A stretch of 64,000 bases of DNA from contig OX442314.1 in the NCBI GenBank assembly GCA_949358305.1, positions 3,534,001-3,598,000 of the forward strand, written 5' to 3'. Origin of the DNA: Strigamia acuminata. Its lineage: Eukaryota. Position numbers and translations under genes: made by a program. Positions 1-10,136 of this stretch are shown here, piece after piece. How positions within the stretch are numbered: the stretch's first letter is position 1; each line of letters opens with the position of its first letter. The notes beneath the pieces were generated by a model. That model was given only the letters and a program-made list of their open reading frames with translations. It was not told the origin of the DNA and searched no databases.

Positions 1-1
1 G

Positions 2-127
2 GTGAAAAATCAATCTAAAATACACGAAGTCAGGATCTGGTTGACCGATCAAGACGATAAACCACTGAATCTGAGAGGAGAAATTTTTACTACACGTTTA
101 CACTTACGAAAATTAATTAAAGCGTAA
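2..127 (+). CDS. C-terminus of Polinton minor capsid (penton) protein, partial
   Basis: Manual translation VKNQSKIHEVRIWLTDQDDKPLNLRGEIFTTRLHLRKLIKA* resembles the DQ..L.LRGE..T.RLH C-terminal pattern of Polinton pentons; lies upstream of the MCP. Confidence 0.75.
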   Translation: MKNQSKIHEVRIWLTDQDDKPLNLRGEIFTTRLHLRKLIKA

Positions 128-137
128 TTAAAAAAAC

Positions 138-299
138 ATGCCGTTAATTTTTAATAAGAACGTAACGGCAAGTAATACCCCCAGCACCAGCTCCAACACT
201 GCCACTGTCAAGACACCCTCGTCGATTAGAGGTGGAAATATAAAAATTATAAAGTCTTCGATACGGCCAGATAATCGAGAATATATAAATTCTTTTTAA
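138..299 (+). CDS. 53-aa small virion core-like protein with an adenain-type site
   Basis: ATG at 138 after an A-run; MPLIFNKNVTASNTPSTSSNTATVKTPSSIRGGNIKIIKSSIRPDNREYINSF*. IRGG|N fits the (M/I/L)xGG|X adenain consensus. Below the ORF-track size cutoff. Confidence 0.55.
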   Translation: MPLIFNKNVTASNTPSTSSNTATVKTPSSIRGGNIKIIKSSIRPDNREYINSF

Positions 300-503
300 A
301 AAAAATATATATTAAGTAATTAATTAAATACCGTAATTCTTTTTAAAAAAAATATATATTAAGTAATTAATTAAGTAATTCTCTTTTAAAAAATATATAT
401 ATATTAAGTAATTAATTAAGTAATTCTTTTTAAAAAAATATATATATTAAGTAATTAATTAAGTAATTCTTTTTAAAAAATATATATATATTAAGTAATT
501 AAA
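290..503. repeat. AT-rich tandem repeat (~43-50-bp unit, about 5 copies) upstream of MCP
   Basis: Repeated ttctttttaaaaaa(at)n taagtaattaattaa units. Confidence 0.85.
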
Positions 504-514
504 AAATAGCGACG

Positions 515-1834
515 ATGCAAGTCTCCGAGAATTATTTGGATGTCGAACAACCATTCGTCGTCGATGAATCTGTTAATGCCTACAACTACCACGAATATTA
601 TCCTATTATAGGAACTAATTTAAATAATGTGAATTCCGAAATTCGATTAATCATTCAAAACGAAGATGTATGGACTCACCCTCATAAAAGTTACGTCTGC
701 ATAACAGGAAGATTAGTGAAAGCGGATGGTACAGACCTTATCGCTCAAGCTGATGAACAAGACCATATAATAACGTTAGGAAATAACTTTATGCCATTTT
801 TGTTCAGCAACATGAAATATCACATAGGTGATAAATTAATAGACGAAATAAATTATCCGGGTTATGCTACCACTATTAAGGGCTTACTAACGTACAAACA
901 GCTCCAAAATTCGAGCGGAAATATGGGATGGATAGTAGATCATCACAAGGGCGAAGCATCGGATACTCTTAATCCCGCTTTTCTAGAACGTAGAATATTT
1001 TACAACATAATGCCAACGCCCAAAGGATCGTTCTCTTTGTTAGTACCGTTAACACATTTAATGGGATTTTTCGAAGACTATACGAAAATCATATATGGTG
1101 CCAAACAAGTTTTGACCTTAATGCGAACTCACGACAACGATGCCATTTTTAAAGCGATACAGTCCGGTCCCGCCCCAAAAGTAAACACCCCCGTTGGAAA
1201 AATTATCATCGAACAGTTATATTGGTTGATGCCGCACGTCTTACCGTCCGATATCCAAAAGAATAGATTACTCACTGCCATAGATAGAGGGGTGAACGTT
1301 CCATTAGCTTTTCGACATTGGTCGTTCGAAATGACAGACGTGCCACAAAGTAAGGAACACGCGTGGAGAGTGGTAACAACCAGCACGTCAGAAAAACCAC
1401 GTTACATCATCGTGGCTTTACAAACGAATAAAAGAGACGACCAATTAAAAAATCCAGCCACATTTGATAACTGCAATGTAACGGAAGTTCATGCCTACTT
1501 AAATTCGGAACGATATCCTTATCTGGACAGTAACAATGATTTTAAGAAAGCCAATTTCTGTAAATTCTTAGAAAGTTGCATTCAATTTAGAAAAGACTAT
1601 TACGGTGCCGACGATTTACCGTTTAATACTTACGAGTACGGAAATATATACCCGCTCATCGTAATAGATTGCACGAAACAAAGCGAAAGAATGAAAACCG
1701 GAATAATGGACGTGCAAATAAAAATGAAATTTGCGGAAACCGTTCCTGCCGACACTAAAGCCTACGCTTTGATAATAAGCGATAGACTAATGACTATGAA
1801 ATTAGACAAGGGTAAAATCGAAGTATTATATTAG
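515..1834 (+). CDS. Polinton double jelly-roll major capsid protein
   Basis: 439 aa with Polinton-MCP-like motifs (PLTHLMGFFEDY, EKPRYIIVALQT, FDNCNV..LNSERYP, PLIVIDC, AYALIISD); genomic context. Confidence 0.88.
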   Translation: MQVSENYLDVEQPFVVDESVNAYNYHEYYPIIGTNLNNVNSEIRLIIQNEDVWTHPHKSYVCITGRLVKADGTDLIAQADEQDHIITLGNNFMPFLFSNMKYHIGDKLIDEINYPGYATTIKGLLTYKQLQNSSGNMGWIVDHHKGEASDTLNPAFLERRIFYNIMPTPKGSFSLLVPLTHLMGFFEDYTKIIYGAKQVLTLMRTHDNDAIFKAIQSGPAPKVNTPVGKIIIEQLYWLMPHVLPSDIQKNRLLTAIDRGVNVPLAFRHWSFEMTDVPQSKEHAWRVVTTSTSEKPRYIIVALQTNKRDDQLKNPATFDNCNVTEVHAYLNSERYPYLDSNNDFKKANFCKFLESCIQFRKDYYGADDLPFNTYEYGNIYPLIVIDCTKQSERMKTGIMDVQIKMKFAETVPADTKAYALIISDRLMTMKLDKGKIEVLY

Positions 1835-1837
1835 ATT

Positions 1838-2000
1838 TTAAAATAATATATACGTATATAAAATATATATAAATATATATAATATATAATATATATATAA
1901 TATATATATATATATAATATATATATAATATATATAATATATAATATATAATATATATAAATAAATATATATAAAATAATATATACGTATATAAAAAAAG
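1838..2000. repeat. (TA)-rich microsatellite/low-complexity spacer
   Basis: Nearly pure A/T alternation between MCP and the next ORF. Confidence 0.9.
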
Positions 2001-2008
2001 AAATAAAA

Positions 2009-2476
2009 ATGTATAAGATACATAAAGTGAATCTATCTCCGAATCAACAACGAAAAATATCCAAGTCTGTCAAAAAAAAGATACCCTTGCATTTAAGATT
2101 GAAATACGAACAATTAAACGGCAATCATGGCTTGTCTCTTACGGATAGACAAATAAACAAGATCAAAAAAGCCGGTTCTAAAAAGAAAGGCATGACTTTG
2201 AGTATACCTTCGAATCAAATTAAACAATCTGGCGGATTTTTCCCTTTATTACTTCCACTATTGGGGGCTTTAGGCGGTCTCGCTGGCGGTGCGGCAGGAA
2301 TTGCCAAAGCTGTCGATGAGGCAAAAACCAACAAGAGAATGCTCGATGAGACAAAACGTCATAATGCAGTTTCAGAAGGTAAAGGAATGCAATTCGCAAA
2401 AAAAAAATCGCGGAAACGCAAGTCTGGAAAAGGTTTTTACTTGAAACCTTACGGCTCACTGGTGACAAAAAAATAA
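2009..2476 (+). CDS. Basic core/membrane-active virion protein (adenovirus pX/pVII-like)
   Basis: Lys-rich 155 aa; QSGG|FFPLLLPLLGALGGLAGGAAG hydrophobic Gly/Ala segment after a GG|F site; further GKG|M and GKG|F sites. Confidence 0.75.
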   Translation: MYKIHKVNLSPNQQRKISKSVKKKIPLHLRLKYEQLNGNHGLSLTDRQINKIKKAGSKKKGMTLSIPSNQIKQSGGFFPLLLPLLGALGGLAGGAAGIAKAVDEAKTNKRMLDETKRHNAVSEGKGMQFAKKKSRKRKSGKGFYLKPYGSLVTKK

Positions 2477-2490
2477 AACCGCTAGATTCG

Positions 2491-2832
2491 TTGCAGTTGG
2501 AGGAACTGGCCAGACGAATGAAAATTTCATTTTTTAGAGGAGTGTTTTCGAGAGATACTTTACCCGTCAAACCACGATCGAAAGAATGTGGAATTGTTAA
2601 TTTGAACACGCACCACGAAAGCGGAAGTCATTGGGTGGCATACAGTAAAATTGGAAATAAGAAGCTGTACTTCGATAGTTTCGGAGACTTGCCACCCCCG
2701 TTGGAATTATACGATTATCTGGGAGACAACATAAAATACAATTACAATCAGTATCAAAATTTTGACGAAATTACTTGCGGCCATTTGTGCTTATATGTTT
2801 TAAAAAAATGGAGGAAAGAAGAAAAAAAATAA
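2491..2832 (+). CDS. Adenain-like cysteine maturation protease (true start uncertain)
   Basis: GIVNL, GSHWVA (His), YFDSFG (Asp), Q..CGHLC (Gln/Cys). Frame is open from 2383; first ATG only at 2518. Confidence 0.92.
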   Translation: MQLEELARRMKISFFRGVFSRDTLPVKPRSKECGIVNLNTHHESGSHWVAYSKIGNKKLYFDSFGDLPPPLELYDYLGDNIKYNYNQYQNFDEITCGHLCLYVLKKWRKEEKK

Positions 2833-2866
2833 TTAAAAAATAGTTTTTTTCCCTTCTATTAAAAAA

Positions 2867-4507
2867 ATGGTAAGCGTAAATAAACTAGGAGACGATTATC
2901 GTCTTAACGCAGTGCATAAATTGGGCAAACGTCAACGTCGAGAAGTAGATGAGGTTCTCGCAGATCACGTTGGTTACGATGCATTATCCGATCTAGAAAA
3001 AAAAATTTTTGACGAGATCACAAAGACTAAAAATGCCCTGAAAGCTGCTTGCGATTCTATAATTAACGATTTGAACGCATTAAAACGTACCGTACAAGAT
3101 CAAGCTAGTAAGCTAACGGGGCAAGGCGAAGGAATTGATACGAAGGATATTGATAAACTCAAAAATGATATTGCCTATGCTACTATAAAATATGGAACGT
3201 TGGAACAAGATTTGATTAAGAAAATTAAAGAATTAGAAGCGAACATTAAGATATTAGTAGATAATGCGACTGCTTCCGGTGGTGTAGAAGTTGACGAAAA
3301 ACAAATAAGCGCATTAGAAATCAAAATCAAAGACTTGATAAATGACGTTAAATCCGAGTTGGAATCTGCGATCGAAGATTTAAAGACTGGGTTGGAGACG
3401 TTGACTAATAGCTTAATCCAGAATAAAACCGATTATGATACAAAAATAAACGAAGCATTGGATGAAGTAGAAACCAAAATCCAGAACTTAGACGTGGACA
3501 AAATCAGAACCAACATCGAGGCATCAAATGACAAGATAAAACAAGCACAGGATGATATAAAAAAGTTAGAAAAAAGTGTGGAAAATGAGGTTAAAGCCTT
3601 GGAAACCAAAATCAAAGCTTTACCCGCAAAATTTGGTGTTAGTAGCGAAAGTACGGAAGACTTAAAAACCAAAATTGAAGCGGCGAAAGCGGAGCTAGAC
3701 ACAGTCAGTACTGCCATTCAAAAAGATCTGGACGAGACTAAACTTAAATTAAACGAGTACGTAGACGAAAATTCCGTAAAGTCAGATAAAATGCAAACGA
3801 GCGTCAACGAGGTTACCGATAAAATCAAATTAGCCAACGAACAAATAATAACGTTGCAGGAAAACATGTTGTCCATTTTGACATCCGTTCAAGAAGAAAT
3901 ATCAAAAATTAGCGCAATTCCGAGCGTTGACGAATCAAGTTTTGCTCCCGCTGCTTTGGCCGGCACTGTCGATACGGTAGAAGCCACGTTAAATTCTAAC
4001 ATCGAAGCGAACAAAATAGAAGTTAATAAGAAATTGACGGAATTAGAAGACAAAATATCAAATCTAAATATTCCCGAAGTAGAAGAACAGGCCGATTTAG
4101 TGCTAGGGTTCCTACATTCGCAACGGACCGATTGGTTTTTGAAGGTGTCCGAAGAATGGAAATTATTTGCACATAATGGGAAGTTTTATACTCCTCATTA
4201 CGGGCATATAACGCGAATCAGTTTATTCATGTATGCTACTACAGCAGAATACACAGTAATACCTAACGAGTTTGAGTTTATCTTGTCTATTAACGGGCAT
4301 GGTCGAACGTTCCATATTCCACGTACAGATGTTACAAAAACACCACGTAAAATGCCGGTATGTTTTAGAACGTACAATTTAGAGAAAAAAGTAGATTTTG
4401 ATGATAACGATCACATTAGAATATCTACTGTCACCGATTGGAGTCCGGAAATAAAAGTTTACGCCCTCGTGTATTGCAGATTCGATCGTAGTAAATGGGA
4501 CGATTAA
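2867..4507 (+). CDS. Long coiled-coil protein with beta-rich C-terminal domain; putative fibre/spike
   Basis: 546 aa; about residues 40-405 are heptad-like and E/K/L/I-rich, followed by a ~135-aa aromatic globular tail. The ORF is clear; the function is inferred. Confidence 0.6.
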   Translation: MVSVNKLGDDYRLNAVHKLGKRQRREVDEVLADHVGYDALSDLEKKIFDEITKTKNALKAACDSIINDLNALKRTVQDQASKLTGQGEGIDTKDIDKLKNDIAYATIKYGTLEQDLIKKIKELEANIKILVDNATASGGVEVDEKQISALEIKIKDLINDVKSELESAIEDLKTGLETLTNSLIQNKTDYDTKINEALDEVETKIQNLDVDKIRTNIEASNDKIKQAQDDIKKLEKSVENEVKALETKIKALPAKFGVSSESTEDLKTKIEAAKAELDTVSTAIQKDLDETKLKLNEYVDENSVKSDKMQTSVNEVTDKIKLANEQIITLQENMLSILTSVQEEISKISAIPSVDESSFAPAALAGTVDTVEATLNSNIEANKIEVNKKLTELEDKISNLNIPEVEEQADLVLGFLHSQRTDWFLKVSEEWKLFAHNGKFYTPHYGHITRISLFMYATTAEYTVIPNEFEFILSINGHGRTFHIPRTDVTKTPRKMPVCFRTYNLEKKVDFDDNDHIRISTVTDWSPEIKVYALVYCRFDRSKWDD

Positions 4508-4523
4508 ACTAACCATCGTCATA

Positions 4524-7500
4524 TTAATCCTCCGCCAAGCTTACGTATCCATAAGCCAAAGTATGAATACAATCATCTAATATCACTCGTTTCTTGTCTT
4601 TCGCCGACAATGCCAATTTGTCCACCTTGACCGTTGTGAGATCGTGCAGTTTTGATTTGATCGTTTCAAATTTCAATCTGTGGGCCTCCCGTTCACCGAA
4701 CAATATCTTCTTGTACGCCTCCAAGTCCAGCTCTTGCTCCACGACAGCCTTCTTTATGCCTTTACATCGCATGTTCGTTTTCCCGTTCACGTTATAAGCG
4801 TAACATTTGGCTCTTAGCCCTACAAACTCTTCTATCGGCTCGCCGGCAGTCTCGTCTTTGAAGCATCCTATGACACGCCTGTTTCTGCCATCGGGTGGGT
4901 GGTAATTAGACAGATCCATCACTTGTGGTATTTCTTCTCTGAAGAACGAGTAGACTGACGGAGCTTCTATTTCGTACATCAAACTATCCGTATCTGTCAT
5001 CAGCAATCTCAGCTTGTCTGAGAATTTTTTTTTCATGACGTTGTAATGAAAGTCGTAGAGCAAGCATTTAGACAAGTCCAGGATAGTTAAACCGCTGTAA
5101 ATAGGTTTGTCTAACGTCAATTCCAGCTTTCGCCGTTCAACCAACACCAGTTTTTTGTTTAATTTTTTTTTTCCTTTGAAACCGACGTGGTTGACGTGAG
5201 TATTCAAGTCTTTTGCATTGTTTACCAGATAAAATTGTCTATATTTCCTCACGTCCTGCAAGGTTTTTCCAAAGACCGAATTGTTAGCTAATTTCGCCAA
5301 TTCCTGCTCAAAATCACTGGTAGCTGACTTCCGTTTCTCAATATTCAATTTGATATACTTGGCCAGCCACGGTTTTTGCTCAAACGTCAGCACTCTTTTT
5401 ATTTTCATCAACGTCATGCCCAGGGACAAGTACAATTGCAGAGCTCTGTAATGCAGAATGTAATTACAACGAGCTTGCAAATGCGGGATTAATCTGGGAG
5501 AAGTGTCATCCCCAGAACGTATCATTTCCGGAGCCAAAGGCAAACAATTGTGGGACGAATGCAGTTCTTGCGGATATCCCAAATCCACTTCCAAGATGCA
5601 TCCCATCGTATCGTTCTCTCCCATTTTTAAAATCCGTTCTTGTGACCATTCGGCTACATTATCGTCGAAGGCAAACTTGCCAACTGGTAGCGGTTTGCTC
5701 ATTGCCCAGGAATACATGGAATTCGCATCCAAATAGACGATGTAACTCTCTGGTTTCTCGCAATCGTATCCCGATGCCAGAAGAGGATTATTGGCTTTGG
5801 CGTAGCGTTGACTGATAGTGGCAACACCGCCTCTTATTCCTTGTTCGACAAACATGTACATATCTGGATCAGACAGAAGCTCCAATTTAACTTCGGTGAT
5901 GAGCAGCGCAGCGTCCCAAGAAAGACTTGGAAACGTGATGTAATGACAGGGGTCTAGCTTGTAATGATTTAAACACATTTTTCTGAACTGTTCGAATATA
6001 TCCGCCAACAACAGAGTGTCGGTCTTCAGATACAAATCGTGATATTCGCCCATGTTTTTAATTCCGAACGTTTTCCAAACTAACTGGGCATATTGGTATT
6101 CGTCGTCGGTTATGTTCTCAAATTCTTCTTTCGGCGGAAGTTTATCTTCTTGAAATTTTGACCAACCGGTCATATATCTGTAAGGGTACACTCCTTTCCT
6201 CAACAGAAGATCAATTTCCTCGCCTTTAAACTCGCTTCGAAAGACAGCGAACTGCGACTTCTCTAGATTTTTTGCCAAATTGGATAAACTGCTCGCGAGA
6301 AATTGGAAACTATCCATGAATTTTAACGTTACGACCTGTTTTGGATCATCACCGGTCTTGATTTTCAACGTGAACGATTTGTATAATTCCGAGTTTTCGG
6401 CGATCATCGTCACTTTTTCTGACGCGACGGTCAAATGCGGCAATATTAGATGAAAATCATACTTTTTTCCATTATGGAAAATTATAGGCACAGATTTCCG
6501 CCAATGGTAGTTGAGGTTACAATTAGCGTGTGCGGCCCCACGAAACTTCCCGGTGAAATGGTTATGATCCAAGACTTTTGTCAAGCCTTTTAATTCTTCC
6601 AAGAATTCATCACCGCATAAGTAACACGTTGTTGCATTTCTATAAGCGATCCATTGAAGCGAAGTCATCGTTTTGGAATTGAATTGTTTATGTTCCAATT
6701 CGGAAAATTGCTGAACCACGGCTTTAATTTCCGCACGCAACGATTGCAAAAAATGATCGACGGCATCCGGACCTCTATACAGCTGTAACGGTCTGGAATA
6801 AGCTTCGTTCTCAGTGCACACTACTTTAAACGAATAACCGCACGGCTCGTGAGAATTAATGATGATCGAATGTAAAGTGGGTTCGCTCTCCGCATCAGGT
6901 ACTAAGAATGCCTCGAAATCGGCGTAACAAACGTACGGTAAAGGATATTTTTTTTTCTCACTTTTGAACGTACAGATAGCTCCTTCGTCGGGACATTTAG
7001 TGCTGCAGGCTTTATATTTCCCGCAGTATCGTTTATGCCTAACGAGCACTATGGCACTGGAAAACCCGTTCATACAGTTCATGCAATAATACCGCTTATG
7101 TTTATTGCCGGCGCTCAAGAGTCGCGAGAAATCCCTGATCCACATGTAATGATTTTGTTTCTTCAGTAGGTTAATAGTGATAAGGCGGTTCGTCAGAATA
7201 TCTACTTTAATCGGAACAATGCGGGACTTGGGCAGCAACTCGAATACATTAATGTTCAAACTTACATTCTGTCTTTCGAACGTAAGCACTTCTTTCGGCC
7301 CCACGGGAAAAACTAGCCCTTCGAGATTGAGTTTATTCATAAACTGTTCGTAATAATCCGCTCTGCAAACATGAACGGGGGCTGGATACAAGGCAGCTAA
7401 TACAGACCATAAAAAACTTTTTTGATCCGAGTTCTGGACATTTACAACGGCCTTTTTTTTCTGCAGACATTCGTCCAGTTCCTGATACGACGATTTTTCG

Positions 7501-8549
7501 GGAACGGAGTGGAATATCGACGCATGTTTGTCTCTTCCCACGCAGCTCTTGAATTGGTTATCGCAGTAGTGACACGGAAAATAACCCAGCAACCGTTTTG
7601 GATCCCTCACAAGTCCGTAGCTATTCTTTCCGTAGAAGAATAGATCTACGTGATGTTTCCTGTTTCTGTGAACGGTAACGTATCTTTCCACGCGATCGCC
7701 ATTGCAATAATAAATAGTTACTTCGATATCGGGATTCTGCGACTGGAATTTTTCTAGGTTTCTGTAAGGCAGCGGAAATTCTAAGCCTTGCAAGTTCAAT
7801 TCGTGCTCATACTTCAAGTAATTAGATATGCGTTCGGCATTAATAGCTACCGGATGTAAAGATGCAAGAATGGCCCAAACAAAAGACTTTCGCAAATCCA
7901 TTTTAAAAGTCAAAACCGCTTTCTTATTGCGAATGACGGCCGATAAATCAATATTCGAACCCAATGGAAAGAAGATGGCATCTTTGCCCCATTCACCTTT
8001 CTGTTTTAAAATATCAAAATCAATTTTAAGAGCCTCTACACATACTAAACAGAAGTAGTCGTGAGTTTCTACATATTCAGCACTTTCTTCGGCCAGTTGC
8101 CTCGCAGCCAAATCCAAAATTGGATCAACATCATCCGTTAACATCACGAACGGCCCGGCCCGGTACCAAAAAAGAGCTGGCGACAATTTCACGGAATGCC
8201 GATATCTCAATTGCATCATAACACTCACTTTGCACGAATTCATGTCGGCTGCAACTTCCGCCACCAAAGCACGGATATTTGGAGCGGCATCTTTAATCAC
8301 ATCTTCTATTTCACAAATCCTTTCATCGAAATTGACCATGTACTCGCGCGATTGTCCATTAAAGATACCTTTATGAAGATAATACGGAACTGAGATAATC
8401 TTCTCAAAATCTTTATATTCGCCGCATTTCTTCAAAAGTTGATCCAAACCGACATTAAACTTGAAAGCCCTAGATAAATCGCCCCTTTTTCTTTTTCCTT
8501 TTAAAAACTCGACACATTTTCTGAATTTGTATCTATTCATTCTGAGCAC
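4524..8549 (-). CDS. Protein-primed family B DNA polymerase (pPolB) with duplicated vOTU-like/zinc-finger module and endonuclease-VII-like insertion
   Basis: Exo motifs YADFEA, FHNGKKYDFH, YLKTD; Pol motifs YLDANSMY, KLANNSVFGK, TDTDS; CYLC..DHNHFTGKFRGAAHANCN insertion. First ATG at 8540. Confidence 0.96.
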   Translation of the reverse strand: MLRMNRYKFRKCVEFLKGKRKRGDLSRAFKFNVGLDQLLKKCGEYKDFEKIISVPYYLHKGIFNGQSREYMVNFDERICEIEDVIKDAAPNIRALVAEVAADMNSCKVSVMMQLRYRHSVKLSPALFWYRAGPFVMLTDDVDPILDLAARQLAEESAEYVETHDYFCLVCVEALKIDFDILKQKGEWGKDAIFFPLGSNIDLSAVIRNKKAVLTFKMDLRKSFVWAILASLHPVAINAERISNYLKYEHELNLQGLEFPLPYRNLEKFQSQNPDIEVTIYYCNGDRVERYVTVHRNRKHHVDLFFYGKNSYGLVRDPKRLLGYFPCHYCDNQFKSCVGRDKHASIFHSVPEKSSYQELDECLQKKKAVVNVQNSDQKSFLWSVLAALYPAPVHVCRADYYEQFMNKLNLEGLVFPVGPKEVLTFERQNVSLNINVFELLPKSRIVPIKVDILTNRLITINLLKKQNHYMWIRDFSRLLSAGNKHKRYYCMNCMNGFSSAIVLVRHKRYCGKYKACSTKCPDEGAICTFKSEKKKYPLPYVCYADFEAFLVPDAESEPTLHSIIINSHEPCGYSFKVVCTENEAYSRPLQLYRGPDAVDHFLQSLRAEIKAVVQQFSELEHKQFNSKTMTSLQWIAYRNATTCYLCGDEFLEELKGLTKVLDHNHFTGKFRGAAHANCNLNYHWRKSVPIIFHNGKKYDFHLILPHLTVASEKVTMIAENSELYKSFTLKIKTGDDPKQVVTLKFMDSFQFLASSLSNLAKNLEKSQFAVFRSEFKGEEIDLLLRKGVYPYRYMTGWSKFQEDKLPPKEEFENITDDEYQYAQLVWKTFGIKNMGEYHDLYLKTDTLLLADIFEQFRKMCLNHYKLDPCHYITFPSLSWDAALLITEVKLELLSDPDMYMFVEQGIRGGVATISQRYAKANNPLLASGYDCEKPESYIVYLDANSMYSWAMSKPLPVGKFAFDDNVAEWSQERILKMGENDTMGCILEVDLGYPQELHSSHNCLPLAPEMIRSGDDTSPRLIPHLQARCNYILHYRALQLYLSLGMTLMKIKRVLTFEQKPWLAKYIKLNIEKRKSATSDFEQELAKLANNSVFGKTLQDVRKYRQFYLVNNAKDLNTHVNHVGFKGKKKLNKKLVLVERRKLELTLDKPIYSGLTILDLSKCLLYDFHYNVMKKKFSDKLRLLMTDTDSLMYEIEAPSVYSFFREEIPQVMDLSNYHPPDGRNRRVIGCFKDETAGEPIEEFVGLRAKCYAYNVNGKTNMRCKGIKKAVVEQELDLEAYKKILFGEREAHRLKFETIKSKLHDLTTVKVDKLALSAKDKKRVILDDCIHTLAYGYVSLAED

Positions 8550-8674
8550 AGAATGAATCTAAATCATTATTCTTTTTTATATAAAAGAAAAATAAATTTT
8601 AAAAAAAAAGGAAAATTGATTAAGAATGAAACATACTTTTAGGAATTTTTTTATTTATTAATTAATTAATTAAT

Positions 8675-8950
8675 GAATTGAATTACACATTTAGCATTTT
8701 CTATTAAATATTTACAAATAAATGAATTACTTGTAAATTAATTGAATTACACATTTAGCATTTTCTATTAAATATTTACAAATAAATGAATTACTTGTAA
8801 ATTAATTGAATTACACATTTAGCATTTTCTATTAAATATTTACAAATAAATGAATTACTTGTAAATTAATTGAATTACACATTTAAGATTTTTTATTAAA
8901 TATTTACAAATAAATGAATTACTTGTAAATGAATTGAATTACTTGTAGTT
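8675..8950. repeat. 64-bp AT-rich tandem repeat (~4 copies), subterminal in the Polinton
   Basis: attgaattacacatttagcattttctattaaatatttacaaataaatgaattacttgtaaatta recurs at 8677, 8741, 8805, 8869. Confidence 0.9.
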
Positions 8951-10136
8951 ATTTATTTTAATTAATTAAATTAATATAATTTATTAGTTATTTATTTATT
9001 TATAAATTAAATAAATTAATATAATTTATTTATTTATTTATTTAAAAATTGAAGGGTAAGCATCATTTTTTTATGCTCCTGAAATCCATCTGAGTCTTTT
9101 CTTTCTTTGTTTTTCATTCATCCATCTTCATACCATCGGGCCATTTCCTCCTTCATCCCTTTAAATCCCTCCTTGAGGTAGAAATGAAGAATTGCATCTT
9201 AAATGCGTATTCATAGATCTCATATTTTACTACAACATACACCATGGTGTTATGTTCAAATTTTTATAAAAAGATTTAGAACGTACAGTATATGCATCCA
9301 AAATGTGCACTGGATAAAGTTAATTTTACATATTAGACATAACACATTTATTTATTGAAGGTGTGTTGTGCAGTACTGCCAACAGAGTTGTTTAGAAATG
9401 TGTGAATTCAAGTTAGTTAGTGTTAGGTTAGGTTTTTACTTTTATAACAAACTTACATGATATTGAATGAATATAAGACCATGATGTTAAATTCGAATAC
9501 AACACCATGGTCTTATTTTCGGTCGAAGATGGTAGGCAAAACAAGCAATAAAAAACTAAACCTTTGTTTACCTACCAAAAAAAAACCAAACTATGCTAAC
9601 ATTGTTTGATTGATTAAAAGTGGAAAAAGCTTACTTTGCAAATTATAAAATAAATAAAATCCATCATTCTAATCACTTTTTAAACTAAAATACATTGAAA
9701 ATAAACAGAACTACTTTTCCGCATTGTAGAGCACAGACCACAGTTAGGCGTAAACTGGCTTAGCCAATAGGAATTAGGAAAACGTTGTGGTGGTTTTGAG
9801 GAAAGGCACAGTTCCTAGGACCTACAAACTAGCAGAGATTCAGGAGGCATCCATAAAAAATTGTAATACATGTGCGGTAAAAATTTCAGACAAATGCTTC
9901 TAAAAATCAAAGTGCCTAGAATCTACGAAGGTCTTAAAGTGGCCCTGGGAGTGTGCGCCTGCCTCTCTCATCCTGAGAGAAAGCTTACTTGCTCAACATT
10001 CTTGCCAGTGGGAATCAGCGTTGACAGACGATCAGCCGCAATTAAGTCGATAAACATTACTGCCAACTTAACAGGTGCACTCTTTGCTTTATTCTATGGA
10101 AAATCAATCTCACCTTAGTCAAACGGCTCACCTTAA

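Larger units (their letters stand above)
1..9236. mobile_element. Polinton/Maverick (polintovirus), right-hand portion; left part (expected integrase and packaging ATPase) lies outside the window
   Basis: Cluster of penton-like C-terminus, major capsid-like ORF, GG|F core protein, adenain protease and protein-primed PolB. Identity to the host tandem unit starts at 9237 (=37568=51710). The exact element end is not confirmed. Confidence 0.93.

Noticed and set aside
1838..2023. 61-aa Tyr/Ile ORF
   Set aside because: Translation of a TA microsatellite.
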